A DNA stretch of 64,000 nucleotides from an uncultured cyanobacterium (GTDB lineage Bacteria > Cyanobacteriota > Cyanobacteriia > Cyanobacteriales > Nostocaceae): NCBI GenBank assembly GCA_963706595.1, contig OY970166.1, forward strand, positions 2,080,001 through 2,144,000, written 5' to 3'. Under the pieces are notes generated by a model, which saw nothing but the letters and a program-made list of their open reading frames with translations, did not search any database and had not been told where the DNA came from. The position numbers were made by a program, and so were the translations under genes. Shown here in pieces: positions 22,121-33,029 of this stretch; positions within the stretch are counted from its first letter, which is position 1; every line of letters starts with the position of its first letter.

Positions 22121-23223
22121 TTAATAATACTCCTTCATCAGAAAATTTAAGAGTTTTGATCATGCCCGATTATCGAATTGATAACCCCTATCAAATACTT
22201 TTAGCTAAATCTTTAGAGAGCCAAGGAGTAGAAGTATTATTCCCTTTTGGTTATCGTCGAGTATTTCCAATATTTAGAGCTATTAAAAGTCTCAAAAAAA
22301 TAGATATTTTCCATCTTCACTGGATAAATCCCTATTTTAAAGGTGACAATATAATAATTAAATTAATTTATGCCATCAAATTTCTGATAGATATTATTTT
22401 AACTAAATGGATAGGTGTGAAAATAGTTTGGACTATTCATAATTACATTTCCCATGACTCCCAATTTCCGATTTTGGAACAGTGGCTGCAACAAATTTTA
22501 TTTAACTTAGCAGATAAAATTATTGTTCATCATTCTTTAGCCATAAAAGATATTTCCCAAAATTATAAATTTGCAAAATCAAAAGCTGAGATTATTCCTC
22601 ACGGACACTATCGAGAAATTTATGCCGGTGCAATTTCTCCAGGTGAAGCCAAAAAAGCTTTAGGAATACCCACATCTGGAACAGTATACCTCAACTTGGG
22701 TATGCTGCGTCCTTACAAGGGACTTGAACACTTACTAAAAGTTTGGAAAGCGAATCAGCAACTTCTCAAAGAAAGCACCTTATTGATAGCAGGAAAAGCA
22801 ATAGATGAATCTTATTTGCAAAAGTTAACTCAACTAGCTTCTGATACAAAGGGAGTTATTCTCTATGCAGATTTTGTAGAAGATAGTAAAATACATCTTT
22901 TTTTTAGTGCTGCTGATGTTGTCGTGCTTCCTTTTGAAAAGATTTTGACTTCAGGTAGTCTAATTTTAGCAATGTCCTACAATAAACCTATTATTGCCCC
23001 GCGCACTGGAGGTATATCTGAAACTTTAGGTACAGCAGATTGGTTACTTTATGATGATCAAGATAGTCAAGGATTATTCCAATCTTTGAAAGATAGCACT
23101 CAGGTGAATTTAAATAAACTAAGTCAGTTAGTTAGCAATGAGTGCGACAAATTAGATTGGGGTGGTATTGGCATAAAAACATACCATGTTTACGAAACAC
23201 TATTAAAGAATAGCAAAAAATAA
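22117..23223 (+). CDS. GT4 glycosyltransferase
   Basis: NPYQ, HLHW, WTIHN, GMLRPYKG and TSGSLILAMS motifs. Confidence 0.88.
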   Translation: MINNTPSSENLRVLIMPDYRIDNPYQILLAKSLESQGVEVLFPFGYRRVFPIFRAIKSLKKIDIFHLHWINPYFKGDNIIIKLIYAIKFLIDIILTKWIGVKIVWTIHNYISHDSQFPILEQWLQQILFNLADKIIVHHSLAIKDISQNYKFAKSKAEIIPHGHYREIYAGAISPGEAKKALGIPTSGTVYLNLGMLRPYKGLEHLLKVWKANQQLLKESTLLIAGKAIDESYLQKLTQLASDTKGVILYADFVEDSKIHLFFSAADVVVLPFEKILTSGSLILAMSYNKPIIAPRTGGISETLGTADWLLYDDQDSQGLFQSLKDSTQVNLNKLSQLVSNECDKLDWGGIGIKTYHVYETLLKNSKK

Positions 23224-23247
23224 TTTGTGCGGTAATTTTATAATTAC

Positions 23248-24219
23248 ATGATTAATCCAAAAGTCAGTATTCTTATTCCTTGTTATAACACAGAGCAATG
23301 GATTGCACAAGCTATCGAAAGTGCCTTAAATCAAACTTATTTTAACAAAGAAGTAATTGTTGTTGATGATGGTTCTACAGATAGAAGTTTAGAAGTAATT
23401 AAAAGTTTTGGAAATTCCATTCATTGGGAAACAGGAGAAAATCGTGGAGGTAACGCTGCACGTAATCGTTTATTAGAACTAAGTACAGGAGAATGGTTAC
23501 AATATTTAGATGCAGATGATTACTTACTTCCCAGCAAAATCGAAAAGCAAATCAAATTTCTCTCTCAACATCCCGATCCAGATATAATTTATAGCCCTAC
23601 TATTCTTGAGTATTGGGAAACAGAAATGGTGAAACAAGAAATTTTGCCTATTCCTGAACCTCATGATCCTTGGATTTTATTAGCTCGTTGGTACTTACCA
23701 CAAACAGGTAGTCCCCTCTGGAAAAAACAGGCTATTTTAGATGTGGGAGGATGGAAAGCAAATCAACCTTGTTGTCAAGAACATGAGTTGTATTTACGAC
23801 TTCTGAAAGCCAGAAAAAGATTTATATATTGCCATGATTCTGGTTCTGTTTATAGACAGTGGAGTGAATCAACAGTTTGTAAAAAAGATAAGTCAGAAAC
23901 TTATTTTAGACGATTAGATATTATTGATCAGCTAGAAACATTTATTAAATCTATTGGAAAATTAACAGATGAACGACAGTCAGCAATTAATCAAGCTCGG
24001 TTTGAATGCGCTCGAATTATTTGGTTATCTAATCCAGATTGGGCAAATCAACTGATTAATAAAATTAAACAAACACAACCACACTTTATCCCGCAAGGTG
24101 ATTATGCCCCGCAAATTTATCAGCTAAGTTATAAATTTTTTGGCTTTTCTCTGGCTGAAAATATGGCTTTCCTGAAGAGGAAATTACAAAATATACAAAT
24201 AGGTAAAGTATCTAGATAA
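23248..24219 (+). CDS. GT2 glycosyltransferase
   Basis: IPCYN, VDDGSTD and YLDADD motifs. Confidence 0.9.
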   Translation: MINPKVSILIPCYNTEQWIAQAIESALNQTYFNKEVIVVDDGSTDRSLEVIKSFGNSIHWETGENRGGNAARNRLLELSTGEWLQYLDADDYLLPSKIEKQIKFLSQHPDPDIIYSPTILEYWETEMVKQEILPIPEPHDPWILLARWYLPQTGSPLWKKQAILDVGGWKANQPCCQEHELYLRLLKARKRFIYCHDSGSVYRQWSESTVCKKDKSETYFRRLDIIDQLETFIKSIGKLTDERQSAINQARFECARIIWLSNPDWANQLINKIKQTQPHFIPQGDYAPQIYQLSYKFFGFSLAENMAFLKRKLQNIQIGKVSR

Positions 24220-24247
24220 ATTTAAATTTATTTATCCTGAAATAAAC

Positions 24248-25156
24248 ATGGTATTTTTTTCCGTTATTATCCCCAGTTTTAATAGAGAGAATTTAATTAA
24301 AGCTACACTTGACTCTGTATTTAGTCAAAAATTTGACGATTTTGAAGTTATTGTTATTGATGATGGCTCAACTGATAACACTATCAATATTTTAAAAGAA
24401 TATGGCAATAAGATAACAATCTGTCAACAAGAAAATCAAGGACCTGGTGCGGCTAGAAATTACGGAATTAGACTCGCTCAGGGAAAGTATATTATTTTTC
24501 TTGATAGCGATGATCTTTGGTTTCCCTGGACTCTTACCACCTTCCACCAAGTCATTACACAGCAAAATTTTCCAGAATTTGTAGCCGGAAAATCTATTCC
24601 ATTTGTCCGTGACGATGAACTTACTACTATTCAACATTTACCATTATCCATGCAGGTTTTTAATGATTACTACTCTTCTAGTCAAGAAAATATCTGTATT
24701 CCCAATGTCGGTGTTTCTCTAAACACAGATATATTGCGAAAAGTTGGCGGATTTACTCAACAATGGATAAATGCTGAAGACTGTGATTTGTGGTTAAGAT
24801 TGGGAACTACTCAGGGTTTTGTATTCATATCATCGCCTTTTGTCCTCGGTTATCGTCAGCATATTAATACTGCTATTTCTGATAAAAATAAAACTTTTGA
24901 AGGTATTAGTTATCTAATCCAACAAGAGAGAAAAAATCAATACCCAGGTGGAACAAATCGAAAGATAGAAAGGCTGAAAATATTAACAAGACACATTAGA
25001 CCTGTAAGCCTAGATTGTCTACGTAGAAGTGAAATTAAACAAGGTTGGATGTTGTATAATCAATCTTTGCAATGGCATCTTTTGTTAGGTCGATTTCGTT
25101 ATCTCATAGGGTTTTTATGGCTGATGTGCCTAGCAATAATTAAGTTATACAAGTAG
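24248..25156 (+). CDS. GT2 glycosyltransferase
   Basis: IPSFN, DDGSTD, GAARN and FLDSDD motifs. Confidence 0.9.
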   Translation: MVFFSVIIPSFNRENLIKATLDSVFSQKFDDFEVIVIDDGSTDNTINILKEYGNKITICQQENQGPGAARNYGIRLAQGKYIIFLDSDDLWFPWTLTTFHQVITQQNFPEFVAGKSIPFVRDDELTTIQHLPLSMQVFNDYYSSSQENICIPNVGVSLNTDILRKVGGFTQQWINAEDCDLWLRLGTTQGFVFISSPFVLGYRQHINTAISDKNKTFEGISYLIQQERKNQYPGGTNRKIERLKILTRHIRPVSLDCLRRSEIKQGWMLYNQSLQWHLLLGRFRYLIGFLWLMCLAIIKLYK

Positions 25157-25226
25157 CTAGTAGATGGATATAGCAAGGCAGAAAAGAGTCAAGGAAGATA
25201 AGATTAGCTGCGAACTGGCATTTTTA

Positions 25227-26399
25227 CTAAAAATTCCTGTCTGAATCCCAAAATCGTTGGCAAATAATTTCAGCATTCTTATCCCAAGAATTATCTTGTT
25301 CATACTGTTCCCATTGAGGCGTGTCAATTCCATTTAACCATTGTTGGATGCCATCAGAGATAGCTTGCCAATCATCTGGTTGCACAAATACTCCCAGGTT
25401 ATACTTCTGAACAACGCTACGCAAATTTCCATCGCCAGCCGAGGCAATACAAGGCCGCTGATAATTAACTGCAAGATTTAGAACGCTACTAGCGGAATGA
25501 AAACTACCACTATAAGTTAATAAAGCAGCATCACAAGCATTAAAAAGATCACCTACTTGCTGTTCAGAAAGAAAATCAATTAGCCAACGACATCGTTCAG
25601 CAATGCCAAGACTCTGGGCTAAGTCTTGATAATAAGTTACAGGTCGTTGAGTAGATGAGACAACTTTGCCTGCGATCGCTAGATAAACGTTGGGGAAATG
25701 GGCGATCGCCTTTAATGCCAGATCCAGATTTTTGCCATCTCGAATATGACCAAAAGACAGTAGCAACTTAGCCTCTTGGGGAATGTTTAATTTTGTCCTC
25801 ACTTTTTCTCTGCTATTCTCAGCCTTGGGGAAATAATAAAGACCACAGGGAATGACCGTAGTTTGCAGTTGCGGCATGGGCTTGACTGTATCTAGTTCAA
25901 TGGCTTCATGAACAAAAGCCTCCCTCAGAAACGAGTACCCACATGCAATTGACCAGCGATGCCACCACAATGGCCCTACTACATATTCTCTAACTGGGTC
26001 ATGAATAATCGATCCAAAGGTTACACCCTTTTTTGCCAGTTTACGCAAAGGAGCCACCCAAACAGGAGCTAGATATTCTACATAAGAGCCGAATAAAACG
26101 TACTCAAAACCTTCATTTTCAATAGTCTGAGCAAGATTAGCGTAATTTTGAAGTATATTAGCTGCTAAGACTGCCTTTTTCACTAGAGAGATAGGAAAAT
26201 TAAATGTCCCTGTAGTGACTAGAGTGTTTTTAATATTATATAAATTAGTCTTTTCTTTTTTGTACGCGGGAGAAGTTAGTAAGGTAACTTCAATCCCCCT
26301 ACGTCCAAAAGCTTGCGCCTGTTCATGGGCATAGTCAGCTAATCCCCCTGTCCATGCTGGAGAGAAATAAAGTAACCTATGGCTTGAGTGGAAATTCAT
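25227..26399 (-). CDS. GT4 glycosyltransferase (inverted within the cluster)
   Basis: GGLADY, FGHIRDGKNL and SASSVL motifs in a GT-B layout. Confidence 0.82.
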   Translation of the reverse strand: MNFHSSHRLLYFSPAWTGGLADYAHEQAQAFGRRGIEVTLLTSPAYKKEKTNLYNIKNTLVTTGTFNFPISLVKKAVLAANILQNYANLAQTIENEGFEYVLFGSYVEYLAPVWVAPLRKLAKKGVTFGSIIHDPVREYVVGPLWWHRWSIACGYSFLREAFVHEAIELDTVKPMPQLQTTVIPCGLYYFPKAENSREKVRTKLNIPQEAKLLLSFGHIRDGKNLDLALKAIAHFPNVYLAIAGKVVSSTQRPVTYYQDLAQSLGIAERCRWLIDFLSEQQVGDLFNACDAALLTYSGSFHSASSVLNLAVNYQRPCIASAGDGNLRSVVQKYNLGVFVQPDDWQAISDGIQQWLNGIDTPQWEQYEQDNSWDKNAEIICQRFWDSDRNF

Positions 26400-26484
26400 A
26401 TTGATACTAGGAATCTTTGAGTCGTGGACTTTTAGATAATAATATAGGCATCCGGTTTAATTTCTGAACGGTATTTTTTTTAAC

Positions 26485-26684
26485 GTACCGCAGAGACACA
26501 GAGATCACAGAGGAAGAGAAAAAAGATAAATGTTCACATTTTATCAGGACTTACGCACAAAACCGTACCCTTCGGGAAGCTTCGCTAACGGCTGACGCTC
26601 ACTGCGAAGCCTCTCAAAATCTCATTCCTCCGTGTCCTCTGTGCCTCTGTGGTTCGTTTTTCCGTGACTTGTGCGTAAGTCCTA
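26485..26684. repeat. MITE-like dispersed repeat with 15-bp terminal inverted repeats, plus an overlapping ACAGAG-rich inverted repeat
   Basis: AGGACTTACGCACAA at 26546 pairs with TTGTGCGTAAGTCCT ending at 26683. ACCGCAGAG.CACAGAG pairs with CTCTGTG.CTCTGTGGT. Confidence 0.75.
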
Positions 26685-27153
26685 TTTATTTAGAAGGTCT
26701 ATATTTTGTATTAAACCACCTCTGGGATGAAAACCTGAGTTTTTCTTGATCTGGATCTAAGTAATTTTTCACCCATAAATTGATCAACGGGAAAAATCTT
26801 GACTATTCCTTAGCATAGTTTAGTTATTATTACGTAGCTACTAATTTTATTTTTTCAGAGTAATAAAATAGCGATAGTAACCTGATACCAATTTAATATA
26901 AAGCTGCATAGAAAGAACCCCACCGCCTACTTACCTCCCTTACTAAAGGGAGGTAAGTAGGTTTGGCTAAAAATAATGTTTAGCCTTACAAAGAATTTAT
27001 ATGAGCTTCTCAATCAAGAAATGTGAGATGATAATTTTTAGTTTTCGTAAAGATATGATTTGATCCTAGACAAAGGAGATTAAGTTGAGTTAGCTTGTGG
27101 ATTGTATCTCTGTGCATATAAAAATTAAAAAACATTAAGAAGAGTTGACAAAT

Positions 27154-28738
27154 ATGGCAATTATTGTTGGTACAAGTCTGGATGATATCTTAAATGGTAC
27201 GGCAGGCAATGATCTGATTAGAGGACTTGCGGGTAACGATGTTCTGAATGGAGGCGATGGAAACGACGAGCTGGATGGCGGTAGTGGTGCAGATATAATG
27301 AATGGTGGTGCTGGAAATGATATATATTACGTTGATAATCCCGGTGATGTCGTAAATAATGATGGTGGTTCTGCAACAATCAATACTACTATCAATTTTA
27401 ATTTGAGTTCAGTGCAGGGAACATCAACAAAATTGAATCTATTCCTGCGTACTAATGGGATTACGGGAACTGGCTCGTCAGGGGACGACTTGATTTTGAG
27501 TTACGCCAATAACACCACTCTCATCGGTGGTGATGGTAGTGATGTTTTAAAAGGGGGAACTGGATCGACTCTCCGGGGTGGAAACGGTAATGATATTTTA
27601 GAGATTACTAATGGGAATACAGGTGTTTTGAGAGGAGGTGCTGGAAATGATACTTACAACGTTTTTAATACCAATGGGAATTTAGTTATAGACGAATATA
27701 TTGATGGTGGTGGTATCGATACGGTTTTTTCCCATGTTGACTTTAGTTTGTCAGATGGTCAACCAGGAGTCGATTTTGTTGCTTCCAATTTGATTGAGAA
27801 CCTGACTCTCGCTGTCCTAGATGGTGTGATACCTGGGGATAAATTGGGAGGTCCCATCACAGGTACAGGTAATATCGCTAACAATCAAATCATCGGTAAT
27901 CGTCGCGACAATTTTTTATATGGACTTGCTGGTAACGATACCATTTACGCTTCCTTTGGTGACGATTACATTGATGGCGGCTCTGGTAATGATAGTTTGT
28001 ACGGCGAAGTGGGAAATGATACGTTAGTTGGTGGTACTGGCGCTGACTACATGGAAGGTGGTATTGGAAATGACACTTACTTTGTTGACAATGCTGGTGA
28101 TTTAGTAGTTGAAGCTCTGGAAGAAGGCACGGATACTGTTTTTGTAAGTGCTACATGGAGTACAGACGCGGAAGTTGAAAACATTAATGTCACTGGAACG
28201 AATATTGTTAACATCACACTAACTAACACTGTTGGGACTGTTATTGACATAGATTCTAGTAATACTCGTAATAATATATTCATAGGTGGGTCTGGAGATG
28301 ACACTATGAATGGAAAAGTGGGTATTGACAGTCTCACTGGTGGCCTTGGTGCTGATACTTTTGAATTTGGTGGTGCAGGTTTAAGCGTCGCCAGGCTCTG
28401 GAAGTACTTCTATCAGACAGGATACAATTACAGACTTCAGTGGTTCTGCTGGACAAGGAGATCAGATTAAACTTCTATTATCTACTTTTGGGGCAGTATC
28501 ATTTACTGGTTCAGATTTGAATGCTACTGATTTTGTCGCAAGCAACTTTGGTAATCAAAATCTTGGTATGGGTGCTAGAAGTGAACGCATTGTTTACAAT
28601 ACATTTAATGGTTTCTTGTATTACAATGAAAACGGTAGCACTGCTGGCTCAGGAGCTAATGGTGGCTTCTTCGCAACAGTTCTTAGTGGAGGTTCACCAG
28701 TTGCTAGCCTAACAGCAGCAGACTTTATTGTTGCTTAA
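27154..28738 (+). CDS. RTX/hemolysin-type Ca-binding secreted protein with a frameshift near 28392
   Basis: Many GGxGxDxLx nonapeptides. Removing one base gives GSGSTSIRQDTITDFS... through to ...LTAADFIVA, a T1SS-type C-terminus. Confidence 0.85.
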
Positions 28739-28821
28739 TCGTAGTATGAATGATCATAATCTAATGGTTATAGTAGACCGATAGATAGGCTTCAAAATTA
28801 AACGTCGATATTCACTTTTCA

Positions 28822-28853
28822 AATCCCCGACTTCGTGAAGAAGTCAGGGATTT
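28822..28853 (+). terminator. Inverted repeat (terminator or REP-like) after the RTX gene
   Basis: AAATCCCCGACTTC-GTGAA-GAAGTCAGGGATTT followed by a T run. Confidence 0.55.
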
Positions 28854-28875
28854 TTAGCTAAATTCCTGAGCAATA

Positions 28876-30096
28876 ATGGCTATAGCACCTTATCATTGGA
28901 TATCCTGTCAAATTGGAGCGCGTGAAAATTACACTATCCCTAGAGCTTTACACCAGCAAGGACAACTGGCTCACTTCATTACAGATGCGTGGGTATCGCC
29001 TCAGTCTACACTGAATTTTTTGCCTAAGTCTGTCTTAGCTAATTTACGAGAAAGATACCACCCAGATTTAGAACAAGCATCTGTTCACGCTTTCAATGTT
29101 TCTTTAATTCAGTTTGAACTAACTCAAATTCTGCAAAAAAATACAGGTTGGGAACGAGTTATTGCTCGTAATCAATGGTTTCAAAAACAGACAATTAAGA
29201 CTTTAGCATCACTGGCTGACCAGTTGACAAAACCTGTGGCTGTATTTTCCTACAGCTATGCTGCTTTAGAGTTATTTAAGTTTGCTAAACAACAGGGCTG
29301 GTATACTGTTCTAGGACAAATTGATCCAGGACTTCAAGAGGAAATAATTGTCTCTCAAGAGTATGAGCGATACCCCCAATATCGTGGAAATTGGCAACCA
29401 GTAACTATTGAATATTGGCAAAAGTGGCAGGAAGAATGTAATATAGCTGATGCGATTGTGGTAAATTCTGAGTGGTCACGTCAACTTTTAGCAAAAACTG
29501 GTGTTGATTCTCAAAAGATTCATCTCATTCCCTTGGTATATACTCCACCAGAAGCAGCTAATAAATTTATCCGTACTTATCCAGAATCATTTTCTCAAGA
29601 GCGTCCTTTGAGGGTATTATTTTTAGGACAGGTGATTTTAAGAAAAGGAATTGCCGCTTTATTAGATGCAGTTCGACTGCTGGAAGGCTACCCTGTTGAA
29701 TTTTGGATAGTTGGAACTCAACAAATTAAGATTCCACCTCATTTACAAACCCATCCTCAAATTCATTGGGTAGGTCATGTTAACCGCAGTCAAACAGCCC
29801 AATATTATCAACAAGCTGATGTATTTTTATTCCCCACACTTTCTGATGGCTTTGGGTTAACGCAACTGGAAGCACAAGCATGGAAATTACCTATTATTGC
29901 TTCTCGTTGCTGTGGGAAAGTAGTTACAGATGCTGTGAATGGTTGGGTTTTGGATGAAGTTAGTGGGGAAGAAATTACTCATTTAATTAAGTCTATTTTG
30001 ATCAATCCGGGACAATTGTCATCCCTGTCTGATAGATTAGCTTCAACATGGCGGTGGAATCTTGCTAATCTATTTCAATCATTAGATAATATCTGA
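28876..30096 (+). CDS. GT4 glycosyltransferase
   Basis: FLGQVILRKG and PTLSDGFGLTQLEA motifs. Confidence 0.88.
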   Translation: MAIAPYHWISCQIGARENYTIPRALHQQGQLAHFITDAWVSPQSTLNFLPKSVLANLRERYHPDLEQASVHAFNVSLIQFELTQILQKNTGWERVIARNQWFQKQTIKTLASLADQLTKPVAVFSYSYAALELFKFAKQQGWYTVLGQIDPGLQEEIIVSQEYERYPQYRGNWQPVTIEYWQKWQEECNIADAIVVNSEWSRQLLAKTGVDSQKIHLIPLVYTPPEAANKFIRTYPESFSQERPLRVLFLGQVILRKGIAALLDAVRLLEGYPVEFWIVGTQQIKIPPHLQTHPQIHWVGHVNRSQTAQYYQQADVFLFPTLSDGFGLTQLEAQAWKLPIIASRCCGKVVTDAVNGWVLDEVSGEEITHLIKSILINPGQLSSLSDRLASTWRWNLANLFQSLDNI

Positions 30097-30422
30097 GAAT
30101 TGAAAAAATCATTCTGTGCTTTGCCAATCCTATATTCATTATTTCATAAATTCACTGAAAACGTAGGATTTTTTCTTCCTATATGTAGAAATTGAAAATA
30201 ATTAAATTGATTCCCTAAAAAAATATATTCTATATAAAACCCAATAAAAAAATTAAATCCAACTATAGGGCATACTTGATGTAATTGAGGCAAACAATGG
30301 CGGGCTTTTTTACGCAAACTACAGGATTTATCATATTCAGATGCGTGCTTCATTTATTTACAGATTGCTGTAAATTCCCAGCGATAAGGCATTTATTCTG
30401 AGTTTCACAAACTAATAAATTT

Positions 30423-31505
30423 ATGAAGACGTTAAACATTACTTTCTATTCTATTCTTCCTTCTCCCTATCAAATAGACCTTTTCTATGCTCTATCCCAA
30501 GTTCCTAATGTCAAGCTGAATGTATACTATCTTGAGGCAGCATATACTATTTACCCCTGGCCTAAAAAACCACTATATCCATACGAAAAAATCCTGCCAG
30601 GGTTTAATCTTAATTGGGGAACATCTAGATTTCATGTTAACTGGCATTTACCTAAAATCGAGCAATCAGACGTAGTTGTGATCAATGGCTACATGAATTT
30701 AACGGCTCAATTGCTGTTGAGATTGCAAGCTAAACAGGTTCCTTGTGTGTTTTGGGGTGAAAAGATAGTAGGTTCTGCTGGTGGCTTGAAAAGTAAACTA
30801 CAGAGGATATTAGCGCAAAGTTTGAAAGAATGCCAGGCGATCGCAGCCATCGGTTCACTAGCTGAAGCCGATTATCGCCAAAGATATCCTGGTAAGCTGA
30901 TTGTGAATATTCCCTATTACTGTGATCTCAGTACCTTTAGTCACAATCTACCTCAGCGCCCCCGCACACCTATGACAATCTTATTCTGTGGGCAAATGAT
31001 AGCTCGTAAGGGAGTTGATATTCTGCTGCAAGCTTTTCATCGCTTACTCGCATACGGTTTACAGGTGAGATTGCTTCTAGTAGGACAAGAAGCAGAACTA
31101 CCTCAAATGCTAGAATCACTACCAGAACAAACACGGCAAAATATTGAATATGCAGGCTTTCAAGCACCTGAAAATCTACCTGAATTTTTTCGCCAAGCAG
31201 ATTTGTTTGTATTACCCAGTCGTTATGATGGTTGGGGTGTGGTAGTAAACCAAGCGATTGGATCTGGTTTACCTATTGTTTGTTCAGATACAGTCGGTGC
31301 GGCCTATGATTTGATCAAACCCGGTAAAAATGGTTATTTATTTCCCTGTGGAAATGTTGATGCTTTGGTAGAAATTTTGAAAATTTATGTGCAGCACCCA
31401 AATAAAATTCAAACTGCCAGTGCAGCTTCAATTCAAACATCAGCATTAATTTCACCGACGGTTGGTGCTAAACTTTGGGTTGATCTGCTTCATAAATTAA
31501 GTTAA
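30423..31505 (+). CDS. GT4 glycosyltransferase
   Basis: PSPYQ, CGQMIARKG and PSRYDGWGVVVNQA motifs. Confidence 0.88.
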   Translation: MKTLNITFYSILPSPYQIDLFYALSQVPNVKLNVYYLEAAYTIYPWPKKPLYPYEKILPGFNLNWGTSRFHVNWHLPKIEQSDVVVINGYMNLTAQLLLRLQAKQVPCVFWGEKIVGSAGGLKSKLQRILAQSLKECQAIAAIGSLAEADYRQRYPGKLIVNIPYYCDLSTFSHNLPQRPRTPMTILFCGQMIARKGVDILLQAFHRLLAYGLQVRLLLVGQEAELPQMLESLPEQTRQNIEYAGFQAPENLPEFFRQADLFVLPSRYDGWGVVVNQAIGSGLPIVCSDTVGAAYDLIKPGKNGYLFPCGNVDALVEILKIYVQHPNKIQTASAASIQTSALISPTVGAKLWVDLLHKLS

Positions 31506-31547
31506 ATATTTTCCTGAATTTCTTGCTAAATAACTATATCTTTACTG

Positions 31548-33005
31548 ATGAATATTCCCACTAATTTACATTATCCCGAACCCAGACCACGATTAAATAA
31601 AATACGCGTAGCCAAACCAACATTTTCAGGAACATTGGCCTTGCTCTCTGGCTTGTTGATCGGATTCGTCAACATAAGTATAGACCAAATCCCCAGCCTT
31701 ATGGCGCGTCAAGTTGCCATTTTCGTAGCGATAGGAATTGGTATTAACATCTTCTTTGATAGTAAACGGGGATGGAAAAATTTATTTCGAGCCGATTTAG
31801 CTTGTATAGTAGCGCTGTATTTCTTAACATTAATTGAATTTTTATATCCACAAACAAATTTTAATCAACTTTTGACTCCTGAGCAAACTCAGCAGGCTCT
31901 AGACGTGCTATTGATAGGTTTTGGCGGTTTAGCAATTGGTCGTCATATCAACTTATTTAAGGCAACACCACCACAATGGTTAGATTTTGGTAACATCCCT
32001 GATAAAGCTTTATTTAGATTCGTCCTCATATCAGCTTTCCTGGCTTACTTCTATATACTGATGTCAGTTGATTTCAATCTTGAAAAACTGATAGAAGCTT
32101 TATTAGGTCCACGATTTTCTGTACCTTGGGGGCGGGGACAGTTGGGTGACTGGCGAGTATTTTTGTCGGAATTAAAATTGTTCTCCTATGTTATACCTCC
32201 CCTGGCAGGTATTATCTGGAATCGTCGTCAATCTTTTCGCGGTTGGCAGGTATTTATAGTGATGTTGATCTTTGCATTCACTTTGTTTGAAGGATTTGCA
32301 GGAGGTACACGCAATGTGTTTGCTTCCTACATTGCCACGTTTTTGGGGGGATATTTACTAACATTAAAACGGTTTAATCTTTTCAATGTTTGTCTTCCTC
32401 TTGGAGTCTTGGGTTATGTGATGGTGTTTGCTACCCGTCATATGCTGGGGTTTAGAGACATGGGGATAACTCAATATTTAGCAATTGCGGCTTACGCTAC
32501 TCCAAAAGTCCAAGCAACGCTATCAGTTGACTACAACCTTTGGAGTATGGGTTTATTGGTAGATGCCTTTCCTAATAAACATGATTTTTTAGGACTGGAA
32601 CTTTTGTTTGTATTCTTTACAAAACCCATACCTAGAGTGCTATGGCCAAATAAACCAGAAGGGTTGAGTACATCCATCGAAGAAGTTGTCGGTGCAGAGG
32701 GTTGGACTGTGGCGGCAACTTATGTTGGTGAAAGCTATATGATCGGTGGGATATTGGCAGTAATTTTAATATCCCTTTGTTTAGGAATTTTGGCTAACTG
32801 GTGGTCTCGCACGGCGGCTTTTCATACTACCGGATATGGTATAGTCGTCAATGCACTTGGCTTTTTTACAGCTGTGATTTCTATGCGTAGTCTGATCGTC
32901 TTTACAACATCAATGTTACCTATTTTGGGGTTAATCTTTATTGCTAAAACTTTTCCCGGTTTATTGGGGAGTAAACGTTTACGTCCGCAGTACCTGCGAA
33001 GATAA
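31548..33005 (+). CDS. Wzy-like oligosaccharide repeat-unit polymerase
   Basis: About 10-12 hydrophobic segments and GGTR and PIPRVLWPNKP motifs, located within the GT cluster. Confidence 0.7.
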   Translation: MNIPTNLHYPEPRPRLNKIRVAKPTFSGTLALLSGLLIGFVNISIDQIPSLMARQVAIFVAIGIGINIFFDSKRGWKNLFRADLACIVALYFLTLIEFLYPQTNFNQLLTPEQTQQALDVLLIGFGGLAIGRHINLFKATPPQWLDFGNIPDKALFRFVLISAFLAYFYILMSVDFNLEKLIEALLGPRFSVPWGRGQLGDWRVFLSELKLFSYVIPPLAGIIWNRRQSFRGWQVFIVMLIFAFTLFEGFAGGTRNVFASYIATFLGGYLLTLKRFNLFNVCLPLGVLGYVMVFATRHMLGFRDMGITQYLAIAAYATPKVQATLSVDYNLWSMGLLVDAFPNKHDFLGLELLFVFFTKPIPRVLWPNKPEGLSTSIEEVVGAEGWTVAATYVGESYMIGGILAVILISLCLGILANWWSRTAAFHTTGYGIVVNALGFFTAVISMRSLIVFTTSMLPILGLIFIAKTFPGLLGSKRLRPQYLRR

Positions 33006-33029
33006 ATATTATTTTGAGTATTCTATAAA

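Noticed and set aside
30097..30422. Possible decayed gene between two GT4 genes
   Set aside because: The stretch is AT-rich with many stops, and no family could be recognised by eye.
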